A stretch of DNA of 64,000 nt from contig VFJJ01000036.1 in the NCBI GenBank assembly GCA_009886115.1, positions 10,800 through 74,799 of the forward strand. Direction: 5' to 3'. The notes below the pieces were generated by a model. The model was given only the letters and a program-made list of their open reading frames with translations. It was not told where the DNA came from and searched no databases. The DNA comes from Actinomycetota bacterium (GTDB lineage: Bacteria; Actinomycetota; Acidimicrobiia; IMCC26256; VFJJ01). This document shows, piece after piece, positions 39,255 through 46,385 of the stretch (position 1 is the stretch's first letter; the number at the start of each line of letters is the position of its first letter). The position numbers and the translations under genes are program-made.

Positions 39255-40001
39255 ATGGCCGACCAGCATCCGATCGGAGGCGCCGACGTTGACCGACCCG
39301 CGCGTCGGTCAACCCGGGGTACCGGAGCCTCGTCTGGCGCCGCTGGCCCCATCGGCGGCGTCGATGCGGTACGCGGGGGCACACCCGCGCAGACCCGCGA
39401 GCTGCGGGCTCGGGGCCGCCGGAGCATCAGGCGACTTCTCGACGCCGGACGTGTCGTGATCGACCGACGCGGGTTCCACTCGGCCCGCGTCGAGGACATC
39501 GTCAAGGAAGCCGAGATCTCCCACGGAACGTTCTACCTGTACTTCGCGAGCAAGGACGAGCTGTTCCACGCCTTGGCCACCGAGGTCGCCGAGGAGCTCA
39601 CGGAAGTCGCCGCCTCGCTCGGCGAGGTCTCGCCCGGTCCGTCAGGACGTGCCGAGCTGCGTGGATGGCTCGACCGCTTCGCCGCCGCCTACCAGCGCAA
39701 CGGGTCGATCATCCGAGCCTGGACCGAGATCGAGGTGGGCGACAGCGAGCTCGGTCGGCTCGGCACCGACGTCCTGGCCGGGTTCTCGTCGAGTCTCGCC
39801 CAGCGGGTCAGCCCGGGCATCGCCCCCGACCTCGAGGTCGAAACAGCGTCGCTGGCCTTGATGGCGATGGTCGAGCGGGCCTTGTACTACTCGACGGCCG
39901 GCCAGACCAACGTCGAGCTCTCGCGGTTGCTCGACACGATGGTGGGGGCGATCCACGACGGCCTGTTCGGTCGCAACCCCGTCGAGGCGTGCCCGTCGTG
40001 A
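39255..40001 (+). CDS. TetR/AcrR-family transcriptional regulator
   Basis: ORF 39255..40001(+). The HTH IDRRGFHSARVEDIVKEAEISHGTFYLYF is closely similar to the TetR at 13378. The exact start is uncertain because the N-terminal ~45 aa are low complexity. Confidence 0.85.
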   Translation: MADQHPIGGADVDRPARRSTRGTGASSGAAGPIGGVDAVRGGTPAQTRELRARGRRSIRRLLDAGRVVIDRRGFHSARVEDIVKEAEISHGTFYLYFASKDELFHALATEVAEELTEVAASLGEVSPGPSGRAELRGWLDRFAAAYQRNGSIIRAWTEIEVGDSELGRLGTDVLAGFSSSLAQRVSPGIAPDLEVETASLALMAMVERALYYSTAGQTNVELSRLLDTMVGAIHDGLFGRNPVEACPS

Positions 40002-40066
40002 CACCCACCGGCTCGACACCCACCGGCTCGACACCCACCCGCTCGACACCCACCCGCTCGACACCG
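40001..40066. repeat. 15-bp tandem array (ACACCCACCSGCTCG x4.4) filling the tetR-transporter spacer
   Basis: Copies lie at 40001, 40016, 40031 and 40046, plus a partial copy at 40061. Copies 1-2 have G and copies 3-4 have C at position 10. The array starts at the last base of the tetR stop and ends 1 nt before the GGAGAG RBS. Confidence 0.9.
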
Positions 40067-40080
40067 CGGAGAGAACGACC

Positions 40081-42330
40081 GTGAGCAGCAACGACATCGG
40101 TGGTCCCGGCGCCGTCGATCCGACCGTCGATCCGACCGTCGGCTCGGCCGCGTCGCTGGCGGCAGCGGTACTCGACGAGGAAGCGGCGCGACAGGACGCT
40201 CAGGCTCTGGCCCGCGAGCAGATCCTCTTCCCCGACGAGCTGCTTCCCGGGGTGCAGTCCGAGCCGCTCACGCTCAGGCAGGGCTTGAAGATCGGCGGAT
40301 GGTCGACGTTCGTCATCCTCACCATGCTCAACTCGCTCGACGAGCTCGAGGGCGCCGCGATCAGTGTGCTGGCCCCTGACATCCAAGAGACGTTCGGGGT
40401 GAGCGAGGGGACGGTCGTCTTCATCGGCACGGCTTCGGCCACGTTCTTCGTGCTCGGCGCCGTCCCCATGGGCTACCTCGCCGACCGGATCAAGCGGGTG
40501 CCCATCGTTGGTTGGGCCAGCCTGTTGTTCAGCGGGTTCGTGGTGCTGTCGGGCTTGGCCGTCAACGCGTTCATGTTGTTCTGGACGCGATTTCTCACCG
40601 GGATCGCCAAGGCCAACAACATCTCGGTGCACATCTCTTTGATCGCCGACACCTACCCGATCGGGGTCAGAGCCCGGCTGTCGGCCAGCCGCGACCTGTT
40701 CGGGCACGGGCTTGCGCTGTGCAGCCCCGTCTTGGTGGGCGGGATCGCCGAGGCTGCCGGCGGCGACGAGGGCTGGCGCTGGGCGTGGTACGTGCTCGGG
40801 GTCCCGAGCGCAGTCATGGCCATCGTCGCGTTCATCGCCCTGCGCGAGCCCCAGCGGGGCCGCTACGAAAAGGAGGACGTGCTCGGACAGCTCATCCAGG
40901 ACGAGAACCCGGCGCCCATCTCGATGGAGGCCGCGTTCGCCCGGCTCAAGAAGATCCGATCGATCCGTTCGGTTCTCGTGGCCTTCAGCGCCTTGGGCTT
41001 TGCGCTGTTCAGCCAGGGCACGCTGGGCAGCCTGTATCTCGAGGACAACCTCGGGGTCGAGAACGCGCTCGACCGGGGGCTCTTGCTCTCGCTCTCGGGT
41101 TTCGCCGCGCTCCCCGTCCTGCCCTTCGTCGGGCGCTACTTCGACCGTCTGTACCGTCGCGATCCGTCCAAGGCCATGGCCTTGGTGGGACTCATGATCC
41201 TGCCGTCGGCCCTGTTCACTCCGTTGCAGTACTTCGTTGGCGGCAAGGCCGGCTTCGTGGTCTTCGGCATCCCCCAGGCGATCCTCACCACGTCGGCGTT
41301 CGCCATGGTGGGCCCGGTGATGCAGGCAGTCGTCCCGTATCGCTTGCGGGGTATGGGCGCGGCGCTGTCGACGTCGTACATCTTCTTCATCGGCGGGACC
41401 GGGGGCGCGCTCATCGCCGCCTTCATCACCGACACCTCAGGGCCCAGAGCGGCAGCCATCATGCTCGGGATCCCCACGAGCATCATCGGCGGGGCGATCC
41501 TGGTCAACAGCGCCCGCTACATCCGTAACGACCTGTCGCTCGTGGTGCAGGAGCTCCAGGAGGAGCTCGACGAGCACGCCAAGCGCCACGATCTCGGGCG
41601 CCCGGCCCCCGCGCTCCAGGTCGCCAACATCGACTTCTCGTACGGGCCGGTCCAGGTGCTCTTCGACGTGGGCTTCGAGGTGGAACGGGGCGAGACCTTG
41701 GCCCTGTTGGGAACCAACGGCGCCGGGAAGTCGACCATCCTCCGGGTCATCTCGGGCCTGGGCACACCAGAGCGGGGCGTGGTGCGCCTCGCCGGGCGCA
41801 ACATCACCTACGTCTCCCCCGAGGACCGGGCCCGACTGGGCATCTTGCAGCTCCCCGGCGGCAAGGGCGTGTTCCCGAGCATGTCGGTGACGAAGAACCT
41901 CGAGCTCAGCGCCCGGCTGATCGAGCGCCCCCCCGAGGAGATCGAGCGGCGCATGGGCCGGGTCTTCGAGCTCTTCCCCATGCTGGCCGAGCATCGGCGC
42001 CACCCGGCGAGCAGTCTCTCGGGAGGCCAGCAGCAGATGCTGGCGTTGGCTCGGGTGCTGCTGCACGATCCCGAGGTGCTGCTGATCGACGAGCTCTCGC
42101 TGGGCCTGTCACCGGTCGTGGTGCAGCACGTCCTCAAGGTGATCGACGAGCTCAAGGCCCAGGGCCAGACGATGATCATCGTCGAGCAGTCGCTCAACGT
42201 GGCCCTGGCGGTCTCCGACCGGGCGATCTTCCTCGAGAAGGGCCAGGTGCGCTTCCAAGGCGCCGCCAGCGAGCTTGCAGCGCGTGACGATCTGGCCCGG
42301 GCCGTGTTCTTCGGGCACGAAGGCGGTTGA
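40081..42330 (+). CDS. fusion protein: MFS-like polytopic membrane domain (N) + LivF-type ABC ATPase (C)
   Basis: ORF 40081..42330(+), GTG start with GGAGAG RBS 7 nt upstream. Residues about 65-490 are hydrophobic, with an MFS motif-A-like loop GYLADRIKRVPIVG. Residues about 510-749 carry Walker A GTNGAGKST, signature LSGGQQQMLALARVL and Walker B LLIDELSLGLSP. Confidence 0.85.
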   Translation: MSSNDIGGPGAVDPTVDPTVGSAASLAAAVLDEEAARQDAQALAREQILFPDELLPGVQSEPLTLRQGLKIGGWSTFVILTMLNSLDELEGAAISVLAPDIQETFGVSEGTVVFIGTASATFFVLGAVPMGYLADRIKRVPIVGWASLLFSGFVVLSGLAVNAFMLFWTRFLTGIAKANNISVHISLIADTYPIGVRARLSASRDLFGHGLALCSPVLVGGIAEAAGGDEGWRWAWYVLGVPSAVMAIVAFIALREPQRGRYEKEDVLGQLIQDENPAPISMEAAFARLKKIRSIRSVLVAFSALGFALFSQGTLGSLYLEDNLGVENALDRGLLLSLSGFAALPVLPFVGRYFDRLYRRDPSKAMALVGLMILPSALFTPLQYFVGGKAGFVVFGIPQAILTTSAFAMVGPVMQAVVPYRLRGMGAALSTSYIFFIGGTGGALIAAFITDTSGPRAAAIMLGIPTSIIGGAILVNSARYIRNDLSLVVQELQEELDEHAKRHDLGRPAPALQVANIDFSYGPVQVLFDVGFEVERGETLALLGTNGAGKSTILRVISGLGTPERGVVRLAGRNITYVSPEDRARLGILQLPGGKGVFPSMSVTKNLELSARLIERPPEEIERRMGRVFELFPMLAEHRRHPASSLSGGQQQMLALARVLLHDPEVLLIDELSLGLSPVVVQHVLKVIDELKAQGQTMIIVEQSLNVALAVSDRAIFLEKGQVRFQGAASELAARDDLARAVFFGHEGG

Positions 42331-42332
42331 GC

Positions 42333-45185
42333 GTGATCGCAACCTGGGTCACCTGGAACCTGCTGTTCCAGGGCTTCGTCAACGGGCTCGTGATCGCCAT
42401 GCTGGCCATGGGTGTGGTGCTCGTCTACCGGGCGACGCGCATCATCAACTTCGCTGTCGGCGACCTTGGCGTCCCAGCCGCGGCGCTCTTGGCCCTGGCC
42501 GCCAACCGCTACGGATGGCCCTACTGGCCGGCGCTCATCGCCTGCCTGGTTGTGGGCCTGCTCTCGGGGACCATCATCGAGCTCGCCGTCATCCGCCGCC
42601 TCTTCGCGGCCCCCCGGGTGATCGTGCTCGTGGCCACGATCGGCGTCGCCCAGCTCGCCCAGGCCATCACCATCGCCCTGCCCGAGCTCACCCGGGCGGA
42701 GGCCGTCAACTTCCCCACCGCGGTGACCGGGCGGTGGGAGCCCGGTGCCGGCATCGTGATCGAGGGTCCGCAGGTGATGATTCTCGTCATCGTGCCCTTG
42801 ATGGCTTTGGGATTGTGGTTCTTGTTGAGCAAGACCCGATTCGGCGACTCGGTTCGGGCGACGGCCACGAACTCCGATCTGGCCCGCCTGACGGGCATCA
42901 GCCCGAAGAAGATCTCCACGATGGTGTGGGCGGTGAGCGGTCTCATCTCGGCGACATCGGTCATCCTCATCGCCACCGACACGAACAACACGTCGAACCT
43001 CACGGCCATCGGGCCCAACACGCTGCTGCGGGCCATGGCGGCCGCGCTGATCGGCGGCATGGCATCGTTCCCACTCGCTGCGCTGGGCGCCGTCGCCATC
43101 GGTGTCGGGCAGTCGCTGCTGTTCTACAACTTCCCCGCGCAGACCGGTCTCACCGAGTTCGCGCTCTTGATCGTGGTGCTGGTGCTGGTGGCCCGGGTGA
43201 GCCGCCGAGCCGAGGGCGGTGGCGAGAGCTTCCAGTTCGCCCCTCGGGTCGAGGCCGTCCCCGAACGCCTGCGCCAGCTCCGCTCCGTGCGGATGCTGCC
43301 GTACCTGTTGCCCATGTTGGGACTGATCGTCGCCGTGCTGGCGCCCGTTCTCGTCGAGCGACCGTCGCGCCATTTCCTGTACGCCATGATCCTGGCCTTC
43401 GCGATCTGCGCGATCTCGGCCACCGTGCTCACCGGTTGGGCCGGGCAGCTCTCCTTGGGCCAGATGGCCTTCGCCGGCCTGGGCGCCTTGAGCGCAGCGG
43501 CGTTCACGCGCGGGATCTCGGTCGACATCGGGTGGGGCGATCATCGCATCCTCAAGGAGACGTTCCCCACGGTCCCGTTCGTCCTCGCGATCGTGTTGGG
43601 GGCCGTGGTGGCCTCCGTGGCCGCCGCGCTCGTCGGGGTGGGTGCGTTGCGGGTACGGGGCCTCCTGCTCGCTGTCGGGACGTCGGCGTTCGCCATCGCC
43701 TGTCAGGCGTACATCTTCCGGCGGCCCATCCTCTCGGGCGACGGCGGATCGACCGTGCGCCTCAAGCGCGGGTCGCTCGCCGGCATCGACTTCGGGGTCC
43801 GACAACGCACCTACTACTACGCCGTGCTGATCGCGCTGGTCGTGGTGCTGATCGTCGTGGCCCGTCTACGCCGCAGCGGAATCGGCCGTTCGATCATCGG
43901 CGTGCGCGAGAACGAGCAAGCAGCTGCGGCGTACACCGTGTCGCCGGCCCGGGCCAAGCTCACGGCCTTCGCCGTTGCCGGAGCGATCGCCGGCTTGGGG
44001 GGAGCGCTCTTGGGCGCGTTGGTGGAGACGATCGGCTACCAGGAACGGTTCTTTCGCACCTCCGACTCGCTGGCCCTGGTGTCCATGGTCGTCATCGGCG
44101 GTCTGGGAACCTTCGCCGGACCCGTCATCGGCGCGGTGTGGGTCGTCGGCCTCCCCGCATTCTGGCCCGGCAACGAGGTCGTGCCGCTGCTCACATCGAG
44201 CATCGGGCTGCTGATCTTGTTGCTGTACCTCCCCGGCGGCTTCGTGCAGATCGGCTACTCCATCCGCCGGTCACTGTTCCGCTGGCTCGAGCGCCGGCTC
44301 CCGAGCGCGGTGAACAAGACCTCGATCGAGCCACCAGCGGCACTCAACCGGGGGTTTGCGCGCGCGCTGCCGGGCGGCGAGCTCGCCAGTGACGGCGTGG
44401 TACTGCGGACCGTCGACGTGTCGGTGCGCTTCGGCGGGCTCGTCGCCGTCGACAGCGTCTCCTTCACCGCCCGGCGAGGCGAGGTGGTCGGGCTCATCGG
44501 CACCAACGGCGCGGGGAAGTCGACCCTCCTGAACGCCATCGGCGGCTTCGTACCCGCGACGGGCACGGTCGAGCTGCTGGGACGTGACGTCACCGAGCTC
44601 GACGCTGCCCGCAGAGCCAGACAGGGCTTGGGTCGAACGTTCCAAGCGGCATCGCTGTTTCCCGAGCTGACCGTGCGCGAAACCGTCCAGCTCGCGCTCG
44701 AAGCGCGCCAACGGACCTCGTTCACGGCCACGGCCCTGTTCCTGCCGAGCTCGATCCGCCTGGAGCGTCGCCGGCGGGTCGAGTCGGCCGAGCTCATCGA
44801 CTTCCTCGGCCTCGGTCGCTACGCCGATCGCTTCATCGCCGAGCTCTCGACGGGGACCCGACGCATCGTCGAGCTCACGGCGATGCTGGCGGTGGCCCCG
44901 GCGGTCATTTGTCTCGACGAGCCCACGGCCGGGGTCGCGCAGCGCGAAGCCGAGGCGTTCGGTCCGTTGATCAAGAGGATTCAGCGCGAGCTCGACGCCA
45001 CCCTCGTGGTCATCGAGCACGACATGCCGCTCATCCTGTCGATCAGCGACCGGGTGTACTGCATGGAGTCGGGCCAGGTGATCGCCGAGGGCACGCCGAC
45101 CGAGATCCGTAACAACCCCAAGGTGATCGCGTCGTACCTCGGCACAGACGAACGCGCCCTCAACCGAAGCGACGCCACCGTGTGA
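42333..45185 (+). CDS. triple fusion: LivH-like permease + LivM-like permease + LivG-type ABC ATPase
   Basis: ORF 42327..45185(+). GTG 42333 is preferred because GAAGG lies 9 nt upstream; TTG 42327 is the alternative. The LivH-like N-terminus is FQGFVNGLVIAMLAMGVVLVYRATRIINFAVG. The LivM-like middle is LTGWAGQLSLGQMAFAGLGA. The ATPase has GTNGAGKST, LSTGTRRIVEL and ICLDEPTAGV. It overlaps or abuts the upstream stop. Confidence 0.85.
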   Translation: MIATWVTWNLLFQGFVNGLVIAMLAMGVVLVYRATRIINFAVGDLGVPAAALLALAANRYGWPYWPALIACLVVGLLSGTIIELAVIRRLFAAPRVIVLVATIGVAQLAQAITIALPELTRAEAVNFPTAVTGRWEPGAGIVIEGPQVMILVIVPLMALGLWFLLSKTRFGDSVRATATNSDLARLTGISPKKISTMVWAVSGLISATSVILIATDTNNTSNLTAIGPNTLLRAMAAALIGGMASFPLAALGAVAIGVGQSLLFYNFPAQTGLTEFALLIVVLVLVARVSRRAEGGGESFQFAPRVEAVPERLRQLRSVRMLPYLLPMLGLIVAVLAPVLVERPSRHFLYAMILAFAICAISATVLTGWAGQLSLGQMAFAGLGALSAAAFTRGISVDIGWGDHRILKETFPTVPFVLAIVLGAVVASVAAALVGVGALRVRGLLLAVGTSAFAIACQAYIFRRPILSGDGGSTVRLKRGSLAGIDFGVRQRTYYYAVLIALVVVLIVVARLRRSGIGRSIIGVRENEQAAAAYTVSPARAKLTAFAVAGAIAGLGGALLGALVETIGYQERFFRTSDSLALVSMVVIGGLGTFAGPVIGAVWVVGLPAFWPGNEVVPLLTSSIGLLILLLYLPGGFVQIGYSIRRSLFRWLERRLPSAVNKTSIEPPAALNRGFARALPGGELASDGVVLRTVDVSVRFGGLVAVDSVSFTARRGEVVGLIGTNGAGKSTLLNAIGGFVPATGTVELLGRDVTELDAARRARQGLGRTFQAASLFPELTVRETVQLALEARQRTSFTATALFLPSSIRLERRRRVESAELIDFLGLGRYADRFIAELSTGTRRIVELTAMLAVAPAVICLDEPTAGVAQREAEAFGPLIKRIQRELDATLVVIEHDMPLILSISDRVYCMESGQVIAEGTPTEIRNNPKVIASYLGTDERALNRSDATV

Positions 45186-45193
45186 CCCCCCCG

Positions 45194-45240
45194 TTCTTTG
45201 TGGCCAGGACCGCGCCAGGAGTGACCCTGGCCGCAAAGAA
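45194..45240. repeat. 47-bp palindromic intergenic element, copy A (inverted relative to B and C)
   Basis: TTCTTTGTGGCCAGGACCGCGCCAGGAGTGACCCTGGCCGCAAAGAA. Its reverse complement matches copy B at 41/47 positions. The terminal 15 nt pair with one G-U. Confidence 0.85.
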
Positions 45241-45245
45241 CCGGA

Positions 45246-46262
45246 TCACGCGGCGAGTGCCCGGCGAACGTCGGCCGCGAACGCCCACGGGCGGCTCAAC
45301 ACCTCGTGGCGGGTGGCATAGAGGATCCGCCACCCCAGGCTCACCAGGGCGTTGTCGCGGGTCACGCCCGACTCCCACGACTGCCGATCGTGGTGCCACT
45401 GGTACCCATGGAACTCCACGCCCAGCCGATGCTCGGGCCAGGCCAGATCGAACAGGGCGACGCAACCGTCGGGCCGCACGATCTGCAACTGTGTCTCGGG
45501 GCGCGGTACACCGGCCGCCGTCAGCTCATCGAGCAGGCGACGCTCCATCCGGGAGTCGAGCGGCTTCCAGCTCGCAGGACGCGCTGCGAGGAGCCCCCGC
45601 ATCACCCCGGCGCCTCGTCGGCCCTTGCCGGCGTTGGCCGCGAGCCGCTCGACGAGCTCGTCTCGGCCCACGAGCCTGCGGCGCCAGGCGTCATCGAGCG
45701 CCACCTCGACCCGCCATCTCGGCGGGATCGCCGCGAGGTCGATGAGCGTGCGGGCCGGTGCCGTGACCCGCCACGGTCCGATCTCGACGATGTCGACCGG
45801 ATCGATCGCGGCCAATCGGTGCACGACCGCTCCGGTCGGAGCGACATGGGTCGAACGGGACACGGTGAGCTCGACCGCGGCCGATCGGAACCCGTCGAGA
45901 CCGTGCACCCATGCGGCAGCCCGGTGCGACACCACGCCGTCGCGTCCGATCTGGAGCGCGGCGGCCATGAGGTCGTGGCCCGGCACCGCCGACGGAACAC
46001 CCGCGAAGCGGAACACGTCGGGGTGCACCCGGTGGAGGCGCCCGGCTGCCAGCCTGCGGATGGCCCAATCGTCGTCAAGGCCGACGTCACGCGCCTCGCT
46101 GCGATGGAACACCCCGAAGCGCAGCGCGGCCCTGGCTGCGAGCACACGCTCCCGACCGAGCCACCGCTCCCGACCAGAGGTCTCGAGCCGATGCTCCTCG
46201 AGACCAGGCGGCGCGACGGGAGCGCTGTCGGATGTCGTCGGCGGGAACAGGTGTGGCTTCAT
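45246..46262 (-). CDS. DUF559 (Vsr-like endonuclease fold) protein with AbiEi-like N-terminal wHTH domain
   Basis: ORF 45246..46262(-). The N-terminal GVFHRSEARDVGLDDDWAIRRLAAGRLHRVHPDVFRF is AbiEi_4-like. The C-terminal LFDLAWPEHRLGVEFHGYQWH...RDNALVSLGWRILY is DUF559-like. Confidence 0.8.
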   Translation of the reverse strand: MKPHLFPPTTSDSAPVAPPGLEEHRLETSGRERWLGRERVLAARAALRFGVFHRSEARDVGLDDDWAIRRLAAGRLHRVHPDVFRFAGVPSAVPGHDLMAAALQIGRDGVVSHRAAAWVHGLDGFRSAAVELTVSRSTHVAPTGAVVHRLAAIDPVDIVEIGPWRVTAPARTLIDLAAIPPRWRVEVALDDAWRRRLVGRDELVERLAANAGKGRRGAGVMRGLLAARPASWKPLDSRMERRLLDELTAAGVPRPETQLQIVRPDGCVALFDLAWPEHRLGVEFHGYQWHHDRQSWESGVTRDNALVSLGWRILYATRHEVLSRPWAFAADVRRALAA

Positions 46263-46308
46263 GGACGCAACTTGACCATGCCCCTACGACAGGTACGCGA
46301 CTCCTTCG

Positions 46309-46355
46309 TTCTTTGCGTCCCGGGTCACTGTGGGCGTGGTCCTGGCCACAAAGAA
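46309..46355. repeat. 47-bp palindromic intergenic element, copy B
   Basis: TTCTTTGCGTCCCGGGTCACTGTGGGCGTGGTCCTGGCCACAAAGAA. It lies 46 bp upstream of the DUF559 start and 30 bp downstream of the D-aminoacylase stop. Confidence 0.85.
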
Positions 46356-46385
46356 GCGTGGATGGAGCCCGCCTCCCCGCCATGG

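Noticed and set aside
40001-40066. Possible CRISPR array or CRISPR remnant (regular direct repeats).
   Set aside because: The repeats are contiguous 15-bp units with no spacers, far shorter than CRISPR repeats. There are no cas genes in the window.
41808-43805. 665-aa minus-strand ORF across the junction of the two Liv fusion genes. Similar antisense ORFs lie at 22973..24742, 7931..10129, 20282..21760, 28906..30165 and 55345..57576.
   Set aside because: All lie opposite well-supported genes, have biased shadow composition and have no motifs.
45246-46262. AbiE-type abortive-infection or toxin-antitoxin defence system.
   Set aside because: Only an AbiEi-like wHTH domain fused to DUF559 is present. 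There is no AbiEii nucleotidyltransferase or any other toxin partner adjacent.
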